Assembly: GCA_964016885.1 (NCBI GenBank)
Contig: OZ024743.1
Location: forward strand, 72,602,001 to 72,666,000
DNA: 64,000 nt
Reading direction: 5' to 3'
DNA from: Eledone cirrhosa
Taxonomy: Eukaryota
Program-made: the position numbers and the translations under genes
The notes under the pieces: model-generated
The model's input: only the letters and a program-made list of their open reading frames with translations
Told to the model about the DNA's origin: nothing
Databases searched by the model: none
Shown: piece after piece, positions 10,405 through 24,606 of the stretch
Layout of the letters: each line of letters opens with the position of its first letter
How positions within the stretch are numbered: position 1 is the stretch's first letter

Positions 10405-13030
10405 TCTGGACACATCTTCAGTGATGTGCCTGGTATCATCGGGTGTTTCTGGTCTTTCAAAATCATACACCCTTCTCCAGATGACCCAGCTCGGGCTGAT
10501 AAGACCCCAGCTTGTGTCCAGATGGCTAGCTAGCTACCATGACTCCATGGCTCTCCTCTTTTGATCCACAGCCATCTTGAGGCCCTCTCTGCCGCATCGG
10601 TGGTAATGCGGATGGCATCCCCCCTTCTCACTCCCTCGATGCCCAAACTGCTGAAGGCTCTGGTCAGGGAACAGGCTGCGAAACCCCTGCATCCAACCCC
10701 CACTGGGAGACACGTCACTCTCCAACCAGCCCGCTGACAGTCACTGACCAGAACCGCGTACTTGGAGAGCTTTCTCTCAAAGGCTTTTTCCAGGCGATTT
10801 TCCCATGGGACAGTCAACTCCAGCAGCACTACTTGCTTGGTGGATTCAGACACGAGGACAATGTCTGGTCGCAGGGTAGTGACCACAATGTGGCCAGGAA
10901 ACTTCAGCTGACGCTCAAGATACACCAATAGCTGCCAGTCTCTTAGATGTAAGGATGCTTCTTGCAGATGTTTTCCCGGCAGTTGCTTTTTCCTACTGCC
11001 TTGCCAGTTCTCATTTCCTCCACTGCAGTTCTCACCTCCCCCTGAACAAGGCCGCGCCCTTCGTTTGGGGAGACGGAAAGGAGCCTAGCCCAGCTCTGCC
11101 TCGTGTGACCACTCCCGGAAGTCTCCTTTGGCGCAGCCTTGCCTTTGCCTCTTGAACTGCGTCCTCTGCCCTTTCACTTCCTGCGAGTCCTAACCTGGAT
11201 CCCTGCTTTAGCCACCTTCGGATCACAAGAGTCCCTGTACTGAACCACTTCTCAGGCTCTTGCCACCTTGAACTCTTCCTCCAATGATTTGAAGGGCAAT
11301 TGCAGTTTGGTGTTGTTACTGTAGAGCGCGATGCTGCTCAGGCTCCTCGCAATCCAAGCCATCTCCGGAGGTGGCTGCTGACCCTCCCCTCTAAGGTCTC
11401 CACTGTTGAGATGAGGACTGCATAGACAAGGAGGGGCCACAGGATCCTGGGAAGAATGCCGTGTTGGTAGACCCAGGCTTTGAACTTCCCAGGTAGGTCT
11501 GACTTGTCCACAGATTTCAGCCAGCCATCCAACTCAGTGCAGGCCGACTGGATAGATGTAGTATCTCTCAATGAGCTGTCGAATACCTTGGCCAAGCTCT
11601 TGACTGGCTTCTCAGATTGTTGGAATGGCTGTTCCTGAGATGTTAAACCGGAACTTGTCCTCCATCTTCCCTTTCCTCAGCACCATAGATCTTGATTTGG
11701 TTGGTTTGAAACGCATCTGGGCCCACTCCATCACCTTTGCGCGTCCCTGCAGAATCCACTGGCAGCCTGGGGCTGATTCCGTCATGACTGTGAGGTCATC
11801 CATGAACGCCCTAATGGGTGGTTGTCTTTGTCCAGATTTTGATAGGGGCTCTCCGCACTTTGGCTCAGCAGACTTGGAAATCATGTTCATGGCTAGGGAG
11901 AATAGTTTCACAGGGATAGTGCACCCCGTGATGATGCCGATTTCCACCTTGTGCCAGCGTGATGTTATTGCTCTCGAAGAGACACCAAATTGGTGTAGTA
12001 ATCAGCGATGAGGTCTCTACACCTTCTTGAGACATGAAGTTTTCTCAACGTGAGCTGTACCAGCTTGTGTGGAATGGAGCCAAATGCAAGCTACAGCACA
12101 GATAGGTTACCCCTGTTCTTTCTTGCCTCTCGAATCAGCTGTGTTACCACATCGTATGCTCCAGACAGCCTGGTATTCCCGAAATGCCACACTTCTGTAC
12201 AGATGTATCGATGTAGGAGTTCTGACCCAGGTAGACACACAGCCGTTTCGAAACAATGCTGAAGAAGATCTTAGCCACCACACACAGCAGGGAGATGATG
12301 CGGAATTGGTCTATCTGGTTGGAGTTTTCCTCCTTCGGGATCCACACCCCCTCAGCTACTCTCCATTGTTCTGGGATCCTCCTTCTTCTCCAGAAGACTC
12401 GCAGGATTTTTCACAGACGCAGCAGAAGTTTGGGACAGTTCTTATACACTTCGTATGAAGTGCAACTTGGTCCTGGAGCAGAGCTTGCCCTTGCACTGCG
12501 GACAACCTCCCGACTTCCTTTAGCTGCCGCTCTGTCATGTCAAACTGCACCTCTGGTTCAGGGGGGTCTATGAGGATGTTACACTCTCCCAACTCCTTCT
12601 CTCTTGCGGGGTCGCTGTACTTTTTCTTCAGATGCCGGTTTATGTCTTCATACGAGAAGGCAAGTTTACCACTGCGCTTCTGCCCCAACAATTCCTTAGT
12701 GAACTTGAAGGGGTTGGGGATAAAGGTAGCACGCTTCCGCGCCCTCTCACGGCGCCGGCTTCGGTGTCATTCAGTCCGACGGAGAACCCTGATATTTTTC
12801 TGTAGGCTGCACATTAGCTGGGCCAGGCCAATGCGTTCCTCATCTTCTTATGTGTCTTCATATCCTACCTGATGTTATGGATCCTAACAGTTCTTTGATT
12901 CTGTGAGTAAGTTGTTCCGGAGCTTTTCTTCTCCTCCTCGCCGGATCGTCTAACTGCGAAACTCACAATGATTGTTGTTATATCTTGTTACCTCCTGTCA
13001 GCCCCTCCCTTTACCGTTGCCTCCATTTAA
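10405..13030 (-). mobile_element. HERO-like non-LTR retrotransposon (RT plus restriction-like endonuclease), frameshifted
   Basis: WIPKEE..QFRIISLL, PPIRAFMDDLTV, LPGKFKAWVYQHGILPRILWPL, RPDIVLVS..LLELTVPWE..K..KY; GC-rich versus flanks. Confidence 0.85.
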
Positions 13031-16000
13031 TTTCTTCAATTATTTTATCTATAATCACGATACAAAAAGTAATATTTTGCTGTAATAAAGGTGGTAATGT
13101 CAAAGTAGTTGACATGTACGTACACATATCTTAACGTTCTGTCACGCGAAATGTGAACTAAAAAGAGTGTATTACCTTGTTGAAAACTGCAGAAAAAAAT
13201 ATATTTATAGTAAGCCTTTTTTTCCTTTGAATATGCAAGAGCTGGAACAAATGTTTAGTGCTATCGCACCATCCTTTAGATAGCAAGAGAAACCTGTACA
13301 GTTTATGATATGGTATTTAACATGGTAACAAATTGACTTCACTGAATCTTTGTAGAAATTCTTTCATTGATTAACTAATCTGTACTTATGACCATTGTAC
13401 ATTGTAAAGATTTTGAAATAAAATAACATATTTAGCTGACCAGTAAATTTCGTGCAATATTTTTAATTCGCATTTTCTATGACCTGCTTAACCGCGCTTA
13501 ATCACAAGGTATAGTAGTTTGTGAGGTATCCATAATTTGACATCAGCGAACTACATTGACGTCACTTATGCTTGATGAAACCTGTCTTCATTATCTCGAG
13601 CAGACAATTCTCAGAGATTGGGAAATTTATTTAAAATTATGTATTGAGAAAACATTGCATTTGGTAATGCAATATCATATTAGTTCTGCCGTGCATTTTG
13701 AGAAACAGTGACACAATGATCCTTTGGTCATGTAATAGCCACAAAACACTTTCTCGAATTCTGAAAAATCACGCAGTTTAAATTACAGCTCCGTTGCTGG
13801 AGTTTGTTCTGGAGTGTATTTATTTAGCTTATATGATTTAAATTTATTGTACTTTATCTACAGCATTGGATATTATTGAACCTATTGAAGAATCAGTTGT
13901 TGGCACATGTAGCAACATTATTTGATTCAAGTTCAGTAATAAATTGGACTATTTAGATTTGGCCTCAGAATTAGCTTTTCACAGATTAAGGCAAGACATA
14001 CGATGCAATATAATTTCAGATGTGTTTTGATCCAGCACGGCTGACGTTATTCGACACACAAACAGCTAAATGGCACACCGACAGCTATCTGACACAGCAT
14101 CAGTTGCATGACATATCAGCAAATAAATCTATGCCGTGAAAAGAGCACCGGTGACAGCAGAACTTGTAATTGTGGGAACAGACCTCCATTTCCTTTTTCC
14201 CTGAAACTTTCATTTTCCTGATCAATATGTTTCATCCACTCAGATTAGAATGGGTAGTACATTGTGGGGTTTTACCTCGGTGTTTGGTGTGGGAGAAGAT
14301 CCTTTGTCAAACATACATTTTCCTTCGCATCCCCAAACTTACCAGCAAGCAGATCTAACAGATTAAGTATTTGAAAAAGTTACAAGATTGTGAATAAACT
14401 CTTGAGGTTTAAGATAGTATATTGATCATATAGACAGACTATATGTATGCATGACATGCTGAAAACTGTAGATGTTGTGCAGTATTAACGACTGTATATC
14501 CTAATCAGATCGTTGTGTATCAGCAAAAGGAAAATTGCTAAGTTCAGATTTTCAATTTATGTTACAAAAATTCTATGTATCTGCTTCCCCGCTTTGATTC
14601 TATAAATAAGCTTCTAAGAAACTTTGGAATTCCGATGAATAAAATAAACACATAATCTGTGCAAACCTTTCCTGTACATTATATTTTACCTGTACGTTAT
14701 ATATATGTTTATCGTTGATCACAAATGATTTACTAACAGGATTAGATTCAATCGTGAGAATATACGTTAGAATCCTCAACAATAATTACCAAATATGTAC
14801 AAGCAACATTTGAAAAAATAACATCTAAATTAGCATACACGACAGATTTGTATTGGCTCCAGCTATATCCTTAGGGATATACATTGATACAAGGAAATGC
14901 TAACTGCTACGTTCTCCTCATTTTATGTGAATTGCATAGCAATAAATTGAAATAGTGTATCAGTTAAGTACATGTTTTGTGTATTTGGGAGGAAATCAGA
15001 ATAATTTCAAGCATTTTGTCTGAGGATATAAATAGTGTCGAGTTGGCGCAAATACAGAATTACCATCTTCCCATTCGGAGGATGTAAATCCCTCATCTTG
15101 GACGCCATATGTTGCGACACCTTCTCTGCCTCCAACAAAATGTGTATGAAGAAATTTTAACTTTGAGAGATATTACACTTTAGAATTCAGCGTTAATCAG
15201 ATATTAAAATACCCGAATTTTGTATTAAAGTGTTGAAAAACCTGAATGAAATTATGTTTGTGACATTTCCGTGAAACCAAATGAACACATATCGGGTGGG
15301 TGTTTATGTACGAACATTAGCAAAACATGTTTGTGATGTCTGTCACGATATTAAAGACAAATTCCAGGGTCTAATCTTGGTTTTAGTAAATTCATTTAAC
15401 TTTTAAGTGAGAAACAGATAACAAATAACTACTTCCCTTAGTTCGGGGTCTCAAACACCGGTTTATATGTCTGACACCGCAGCCCTTATATTACCTAATA
15501 TAGTTGATAACTGCTGTCATACTTTTAAGACAATTCGTCATGTAAAGTTGAGTGAAGTTGAGCTGCTGCCAAGCGCTAAGATACTTCATAGTTGTCAGGA
15601 GGATCCTCTAAGCTCCTGGAGTGTGGCACTACTGTGTTGAGACGTTAACAGGTCTGGTCGATTACTGAACTATTGTCATGACTAATTCGCTTTCCGTCTA
15701 GATGCGTTTCTGAATTACGCTATGATTTATTAATGATGTTGCAAATGTATTTATCAATGATGTTAGAGATCCGCAACACCAGAAAAACCTCCCTAAGTAG
15801 TGCACACAAAACATTAGTCCCACACAGATGACTATTTCATAAAAAGAAATGAGTAGGTATATATTTTAGCGGCAAAATCATTGCTACTATTCAGTGAAAT
15901 ATTCAATATTGATTTGGAACTATAACATCAGAGAAATATTGAACTTGTACTATTTAACGTTAATGAAAATGATGCAAAATAGTTTGGAAAAAATCAATTT

Positions 16001-16530
16001 TGTTTGGAACATTTTGTGAAACTATTATTCTATAAATAACATTCATTGCTACATAAGTTTGAGTGATGCCTCGGAGCCTGAAGACGAAATAACATTTCAG
16101 CAAATGAAAATTCACTTACTATTATGCCAAAAAGCAGCAATAGAATATGCAATTCCAATATCAATTAAATAAATTATAGATGGAGAGCTGGAAGTTTTCT
16201 GAGATATTGCATTTGTGAGACTACTTCTGACCAAACTTTACAAATGTGAATCATTGTATATTTTTCGAAAAGATATAATGAATAGAAAAAGGCACCCAAA
16301 TAATATTATTATATTGTTAAAATTTCACAACGTATTCTTCACACACACACTATTCACAGACATATATATATTATATATATATATAAGGAAATATATCAAA
16401 GTGATGTTTCTTTAGAAAATGAAAAATGAAAAAAAAACAAGGTGTCCTACACGAGTAAAATTATAAGGAAAAAAGATGAAATCGAAAATGCAACTGGAGT
16501 CTTTTTTTTTTAAATATATTTTTATTTGGT

Positions 16531-16567
16531 TCCTTTACCGGTTTCGCAGTTCTGCTTTTCAAAAGTA
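16531..16567 (-). ncRNA. Minimal hammerhead ribozyme, U3-A8 core variant
   Basis: UACUU UUGAAAA GCAG-AA-CUGC GAAA CCGG UA AAGGA. Confidence 0.6.
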
Positions 16568-16624
16568 GAATTGAGATGGAGGGTTTGTGGTTTTTCTCAC
16601 ATATATATTATCATTATTATTATT

Positions 16625-16775
16625 ATAAGGGTGGTGGATTGGAAGATTCTATAGAACGTCGTACAACATGCTTAGTGATATAGACTTACGGCCTATTAGG
16701 TTCTGAGCTGAAGTCCCGCCAAGGCCAGCTGTGCCTTTCATCTTCAGGTGGTCGATAAAATAAATTACCACAGGT
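16625..16775 (+). mobile_element. Decayed SINE family A
   Basis: GTGCCTTTCATCTTCAGGTGGTCGATAAAATAAATTACC. Confidence 0.6.
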
Positions 16776-16823
16776 CTCGAATTATTCGAATTTTCACTCC
16801 TTCTGGTTCCTAATGCAGAGACC

Positions 16824-17305
16824 ATTATTATTATTGGCATCACTCAGTCTCGAAGGACCATGTATCTGCACCTGAAGTATTTTGTGTCAGCTACTGACGG
16901 TAGTGTCTTCAGCGGCTGTACATGGAAGTGTGAGTCCTGTATACAGCGACTGCATTTCAAGATGCTCTCTTCCGGTGCTAATGGTTTGTTATTTTTTCGG
17001 GCGGGCACTTCCTCGAAGGCATGTTTCAGTTTATCTTTCCCTCGCTCCAAAATGATTGTACAGTACTCGTCTCTATCGTGGACAACCATTAGCGATCTCC
17101 TCCAATCTCTGGTTGTCCAGATCTATTGGTTTCATATCCTTCCAGCAGAGATCTTTGAAACATAGACGAGGTAGTATTCATACTGATGTGCCGGTGGCCA
17201 GCTCCCCATAGAATAGGTATATTTGTATCCTTCCGACCCGCATACTTTGTACGTGACCGAGCCAGTACAGATGGCACTGTTTTACAAGTGCATATGCTGC
17301 CTATC
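16824..17305 (-). pseudogene. 5'-truncated RTE (BovB-type) LINE 3' end with (AAT)n tail
   Basis: GRIPIY..YGELATG..RLCFKDLC.KDMK and C-terminal KCSRC..H zinc knuckle; ends GAGACTGAGTGATGCC(AAT)n. Confidence 0.7.
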
Positions 17306-17600
17306 TTCATATATACAAATATATATATATATATATATATTTTATAATGTAGGTAGTACGGTGAAGTACTGGTGTTGGTACCGAATCAAGAATTATATGC
17401 ACAGTCAGAGTGTATATAATAGAAAAAACAAGGAAATTTCGTTTTGCAATAGAAAAATATTTATTGCGTTTCGACCTGTTACGCGCGTTTCGCACAGGAT
17501 TGGCTCATGATGATCCATAGGAGTTATGGACCCGACACCAGTATTGATCTGCTCCCCTGACTGGTGGTACAACAACAGATATATTGTTGTTGTGGCATGC

Positions 17601-17650
<50 letters not shown>

Positions 17651-17683
17651 TTATGCATGCCACAACAACAATATATCTATATC

Positions 17684-17741
<58 letters not shown>

Positions 17742-18287
17742 ATGACAAGACAAACGTGATTTTAGGGCTTTTAATGGTATACTAAATTTCAATGAGCTTA
17801 AATTTCCAAAGCAATGCAACCATTTAATTACTGCGAAGTTCTTAGAAAAAATAAAAAATACTGGGATTATTCTTTCACAAAGAAAGAAACTCTTTTATAT
17901 TGTTTCAATTATTTTATATTCCCTATTTAAATGTACAATTTATTTATTTTTATTATTGCATCAACATTGTTTAATGGGAGCCTGGGGTGGTCATTCGTCA
18001 TGTTTCATTTGAAAATTAATTTGAATACAATATTAACCGATTTGAATTATTCTCCGTACATTGTTTTTAAAAATGGCAAATTCCTTCGTTTGTACATCTC
18101 ACACACACAAATTTATATACAATTGTACTCATAATCACACACTCATCCACGCGTATATAAATGTGTGTGTGTGTGCGTGTGTGCGGATGTGCATATATAT
18201 ATATATATATATAATTATATGTATGTGTATGTATGAGTGTGTATACGTATGAATGAGAGTATACATATATATATATATATATGTATG

Positions 18288-18415
<128 letters not shown>

Positions 18416-19592
18416 TATATAGGTTTGAGTGTGCTTGTGTCGTGTTTCTCGTTCATTATTTATTCGCAGTGCAAGATTTAATATCCCTAAAATAGCGCAG
18501 GATGATAAATGTATTTCGTATTAAATTCTTATGTACTATGATAAATGGCAAAATGTCCACAATTAGAAAATAAACTATATCAATTCCTAAATACATTTTC
18601 AAATATTTTAACTTTTCAATATTTTCATGAAGATTCAGCAATAAATGTCATTGGTGATGAATTCATTCGATGTAACATTTAGTAATTGGATATTTGACAC
18701 GCTATCTTCCTTGTTACGTGGAAGTAATTGTTTAAGTAAGACAAATTTATAAACTGCGAAAACACTTTCAATTCAGCTCTTTGTTTACATTTTCTGTTGT
18801 AAATGAAATGAAATATCAGCATCATAATATCCTTGTCATAAAACGTTTATCACATACAAGCATCATCTCGCGATCCGAAGTTATATATGATAAAGCGGAC
18901 ACAATGTCAGCTAATTGATCGATTTATTAAATAAAATGAATCGATAAGTGATCAAATTATTATTTTTAAATCAATTCTATCAGTAGTTTATTATGTTCAT
19001 GATTAGAACAATTAACTTTCCAAACGCCTATATCATTTGTTTTATGTAACAGCATCTCTGAATAATGTGTCTAAGGATTTAGGCCATTCTGATAAATTCT
19101 GATGAAATCTTCTGGTTCCAAAATATCAGTTGTTACATATATCTGTCAGATGTGTTTCCGGTACTTACATATTCGTGGTTTAATATATATAAATACCTCC
19201 GAGTTCATTCTTACGTTGCATTTGGTAATTGTCTTATTGATATGAGAGCTGAAGTATGTAACGTGGTATCTACTCAAATTGTGTACACGGCCAATTTACC
19301 TTTCAAATTACGAAGAAATTATTCCTCCAAAAATGATGATGCATCCGGTACAACAGTTAGAAAGACATATGTAGAGATTCGTTTGAAATACGAGCACCCA
19401 TTGATAGCATTTTACTGCACAATGAGGTCTTGGAGGCAAATGGTGGCTTTATGAATCTTCATGATGTGATCAAAGTTATAACAATAATAGTTATTTATGT
19501 ATCAGCAATTTAGTTGAAAAACATTCCGAGGTTTGCTGAGTAAAGCTATTTAGTGTACGCAAGGGGACAACAACGATAGTTGGCTATATATT

Positions 19593-19654
19593 TTTTATTA
19601 TATATATTTCGAAAGTACTGTGCTGTTTTTTCAGTACGTCCTCGTCAGATAAAA
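19593..19654 (-). ncRNA. Minimal type-I hammerhead ribozyme in PLE1 3' pLTR
   Basis: UUUUAU CUGACGA GGACGUACUG-loop-CAGUACUUUC GAAA UAUAUA UA AUAAAA: intact core, 6-bp stem I. Confidence 0.85.
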
Positions 19655-21477
19655 TACATGAATTGATGTATGATATACCTCAACTGTCTTGATGGTTCAA
19701 TTCCAGTATTAGCAGTGAATTATTACAACAAATCTCAACATTTATATACCACAAATAATAACATGATAAACTTAAATATGATGAAGAGGAGGATATGGAG
19801 TGAGATATAAGTATAATGAGTATGAGCAAAATGCAAGAAGAAATAAATAATCACATACATACTTAGATATTTAAATGCGTAAATATCCGTGTTAGGGAAG
19901 AAAAAGAAAGAGAGATAGACGGATAGAAGAGAAGAAAGAAGAGAAGAGAGAAGAAGGAGAGAGAGAGATAGAAGAGAGAAGAAGAAAGACGTAACTGCAA
20001 AAAGGAAAGAAAGAAAGGAAGAACGAAGAAGGAGACATGATGTGTGACCGTTGTTTTCAAATATTACGTCAAATAGAAGCCACCAATTAAATGCCAATAC
20101 ATTTTTTAATATCTTTTGTATTTGGTTATGTTTAAGCTAATTATACTAATATATTATATCAAAATTAAACAATATAAAATCATTTTCCATAATAATCAGA
20201 AGCATATTTTAATTAATATATTTATTAAATATTTTGTTACAAAATTCAAAAACATTTTTATCTATAAAGCAAGTTTAAAAACCTAATAAATATGTATAAG
20301 GATATTTACCACAACTTATGCGCATATCACCATCAGTATATGCATTTTATATAATGTTTAGAATTATTATCTGAATTATTATTTTTTCATTATAAAAGCA
20401 GTTCAATTCATTAGTTGTCATTTACTTACAGGATCAATTAATTGTATTTACTCTTAAAAGAATTATTATTTCGATTTTACTTCTGTAACTACATCTTAAT
20501 ATATGTAGTTTCCCTTTAAGGATTTCTCGTATATTATTAAACTGTATAAATCATGTTAAATATATATTATTAATCCATTTGGATAGAACGAAAATTATTT
20601 ACGAAGAATGTAAACAAAGGAACATAATCCGTACAACTTATGTGATCATTTATATTATCTAAGTGCTTTCAAAGCCAAAAGATATTTCAAACCGCAAATT
20701 CTGAAATTTCTAGTTATACAATGACCATTCTAAATCCGAACTTAGGATACTGAGTCACATCATGAGATTAATATATTATATAAAAACGATATACAATGTT
20801 TAAGGTAAGGCAAAACATTATATATATATATAATAAAAACAATAATATTTCAAAAATTATTAATAATAGTCAATATATTTTTCTTCTTAGTCAGTATTTT
20901 ATTCTAAATTTGTATAATGCTTGAAATGTCTTTCCAGACTTATGTAGACATGTTCCAAATAATTCATTTTTGTATTAATTAAATTACCATAATTGGTAAT
21001 TATTAATAGAGTTTCTAAATTGCAAAGATTGCAGGTTGTTGAAATGGAAGCGTTTTGATAGGAATCAGAAACTTAAGTTTACTTCATGAAATTGAGTATT
21101 TAATATTTTTCTCTTTTAAAGACCATATTAATTGTGATAATGAAGTAGAAAATTGTTTATCTGGATTTGAGAAAGAATGTTTATGATTTGAAAAGCGAAA
21201 CTTAAAGTTCGCTGAAGTGGCACCTATGTAGTTATAAGTGTTATTATTATTTGTCTTAATGGTACATTTATATACTAAATTCTTATCAAGGCAATTATTT
21301 TGTAAATGGCATTCAGATTTCCTTCTACAGTTAAAGTTAAATTCAATGTTATTTCTATAACCTAAACTATTCGTATTATCATTGTTATTATTTCTAGGTG
21401 TTCTACTATTATTCGTATTTAAACTATTGTTATTGTTATTCACATTAACTAATGTATTATCATTATTATAGACGGGA

Positions 21478-21670
21478 GTAGATTGGCAGTATCGGTAGAG
21501 GATCGGACTCCATGCTTTGACGCATAGAGTTACGGCCCTTGCCATTCTGACTTCAAATCCCGCCGAGGTTAACTTTGCCTTTCATCCTTATGGGGTCGAT
21601 AACATAGAGTACCAGAAATGTACTGGGTAATTGCTGGCCTCGTGCCAAAATTAGAAACAATTATTATTAT
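21478..21670 (+). mobile_element. SINE family A inserted in PLE1
   Basis: Near-complete copy with A/B boxes and (TTA)n tail interrupting the PLE linker region. Confidence 0.85.
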
Positions 21671-23271
21671 TGTTATTATCGCTAATTATATGCTGGTTCA
21701 AATTAAGAACTTTGCTATTAATGTTTGCAATATTTTGAGCATTATTCATAGTTGTTGAATAAGAGAGTTTAACTGTGTGTCTATTGAAGATAGAGTAATA
21801 CTTATGTGATCTAGGGAAACATTTATCCAAGGCTTTAAAAAATAAATGTGCTAAAGGTGTTTTAATAGCTAAAGATGCTGGTGGGACATACCAAATTATA
21901 GAGCTAACCTAATTTTTTTCCCCGATTTATTCCTCAAGTTGTTATTTTTACAGTCAGTTTTATTATTATTATAATTATTATGAATATAGTGTTTATAATT
22001 AATATTATTTACTACATATTCAATATTATTTTTATATCCTGCTTTATGTAACGCTTCATTATAATATACAGCTTTACTATTAAAAATGGATCTGTTAGCA
22101 GATAGTCTGGATATTCGTTGTTGTACACTATTTCATTTTTAACACTTTTAGGATGATTATAGTAAAAGCTAACATAATTTAGGTTTTCATTGAGTTTATG
22201 GAATGGTTAATATAGGCCTGAGTGTAAATTAACGCTTACATCTAAAAAGTGAACTATTTTATTCTTATTTTATACTTCTAATTTCAGGTCATAACTTAAA
22301 AAAAATTCTATAATTACTTTCTTTACTCTATTTAATTCGCTATTATTATGTCTAACTACAGTAAATAATAAGTCATCTCTATATAAACCACCGGTAATCT
22401 CCGGCAGTTTCTATTTATCATATTAAGGATGAAAATTCCCACAAGATCGGTAACTTGCGCCGAATCGGACGAGCCGATAGTAATGTCGAAATTTTCCTCT
22501 CTATCGGATCGTGTCCAAAAATCATTATTAAAGTCAATCAAGGTTCGACTTGCTGTTAAAATAATATTAATCTCGTCACTAGTTAGATCCGTGTGTTTAT
22601 ATGCATATGAAAGCGCCTTATTTAAAAGGTTAAGAGTTATTGAGGAGTAATTACTCGCTATATCCATTTGAATGAATTTATGATTTTTCTTATTTTCGAT
22701 ATTATTGAACCAATCTATGACTTCACTAGTTCCCTTCCATAAGTTAAGCCTTAACCTCAATTTTAACGTTCGCAGAATCCTATCTATTGGATATCAATAA
22801 TGATGCTTTTGAAACTATCACCAATCTGGAAACAACGGAAGACCGAAACTTTCATACCAAGGCATCCGCGGATAAATTTTAAAGATCATAAAATAAATTT
22901 CGAAGACAACTTACCTGTTAGACTTATGCACCTTCGAAATCAGACCTTGGAATAATTAATAAAAACATAATAGATAGGATTCTGCGAACGTTAAAATTGA
23001 GGTTAAGGCTTAACTTATGGAAGGGAACTAGTGAAGTCATAGATTGGTTTTTTCTATCCCATATAGGTTGTTGGTTTGTCGGATTTCACTAACACTTTAT
23101 TTACTTTCTTCTTACTTCTATCTCACTCCGCATCCTCCTCTACATCATATTTAAGTTTATCATGTTATTATTTGTGGTATAAAAATGTTGAGATTTGTTG
23201 CAATAATTCACTGCTAATACTGCAATTGAACCGTCAAGACAATTGAGGTATGTCATACATCAATTCATGTA

Positions 23272-23332
23272 TTTTATCTGACGAAGACGTACTGAAAAAA
23301 CAGCACAATACCTTCAAAAAATATATAATAAA
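23272..23332 (+). ncRNA. Degenerate hammerhead in the inverted pLTR of PLE1
   Basis: Homolog of 19593-19654 with GAAA changed to AAAA. Confidence 0.6.
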
Positions 23333-23476
23333 CATATATTTTGAGTATGTGAATGTCTTCATTTATTAATATTTTGAATAATATTAATAACCCCAGAAAA
23401 CTTTACTGTAAAGTGCTTTTAATCTATTGTAAAACTATATTCATTGAGTAATCAAAGAACCATAATAATCTTTGGT

Positions 23477-23513
<37 letters not shown>

Positions 23514-23611
23514 ATTGAAGTTTCCGTTGAAAATTGAAAAAGTCATAGGAGTGAAGAGTGCTCTATGTAAGTACCAGAGCAAAGTTTAATGTATAATAAA
23601 CAATAATATAT

Positions 23612-23689
23612 AATTACCTCATTACCAGAGGTTTCTCGAATAAGACGAATACGAAAAACGTCTTCATTCGTTCATCGGACAAGGTAACT
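23612..23689 (-). ncRNA. Hammerhead motif at PLE2 3' end (U4C core mutation)
   Basis: UUACCUUGU CCGAUGA long stem II GAAA CCUCUGG UA AUGAGGUAA; paralog at 56138-56185 retains CUGAUGA. Confidence 0.65.
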
Positions 23690-24548
23690 TAAAACATAGT
23701 GAAATATTTGGAAAGTCTCCTCAAGAAATGCAAAAAATATATAAATAAAAGTAATGCAAGAGATATATTAAAACATATAAAAAAATATATGAAAAATATA
23801 TTAAATAATATAAGGAAATATAGTTAGGGTATGTGTATATGTATGTATATACACTCAGAAATGTACATATGTGTTTATGTACAAATGCATGTGTATGGTG
23901 AAAATGTGTGCGTAAGTACATATATGAGGGCAAGTATATTTGTGTATATGTGACCACAAATACGTATATAATATGAGTTGAAAAAGAAAATGATAATATA
24001 GTTGACACGCATCCAGATACAGGTATTAAATACACATACGCGTATGAAAGCACGTCTATAAACACACACACACACGCGGTCACTTATATGAGGAAGATAA
24101 AGAGGGGAAAGAGTGTAATAGTAAAAAGAAGTGTCATTTTCGATATATGTATAAAAATGAAACAATATATGAGAATGAAAAACATTTTTTAAATCAAAGA
24201 GATAGTATTCAATTAACACTAGAGGAAAGAAAACAAATATAGGTACGCACGTACATACACATATATCTATAAAAAAATATTTATACACACAAATACGTAC
24301 AGACAAAAGCGCATGCATGCGTACATACATACACACGAGGCACGTATATATATATATATATCGCTCCATGTATATCTAATCACACGTACGTACGCGACTA
24401 TATATATATATACACATACATACACACCCATACATACATATACATATATACACATATACATACACATTCACAACCATTCACCCGCATACACACACACGTA
24501 AAAGTAAGAATGTTAAAAGCATAGATATAAAAGAACATAGATATAAAG

Positions 24549-24606
<58 letters not shown>

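Larger units (their letters stand above)
19586..23340 (-). mobile_element. Penelope-like element 1 (decayed) with 3' pLTR and inverted pLTR copy
   Basis: RT FIQMDI..FDITIGSSDSAQVTDLVG..GLYRDD; CNCR-like linker; NYIGAT..F.FR..NH GIY-YIG; 19586-19813 is the reverse complement of 23113-23338. Confidence 0.9.

Noticed and set aside
13400-14200. Possible decayed DNA-transposase sequence (also 9840-10330)
   Set aside because: No motif or TIR identifiable with confidence
15440-15650. Possible hAT MITE (GGGGTCTCAAAC...GTTGAGAC)
   Set aside because: Termini too degenerate and no TSD found
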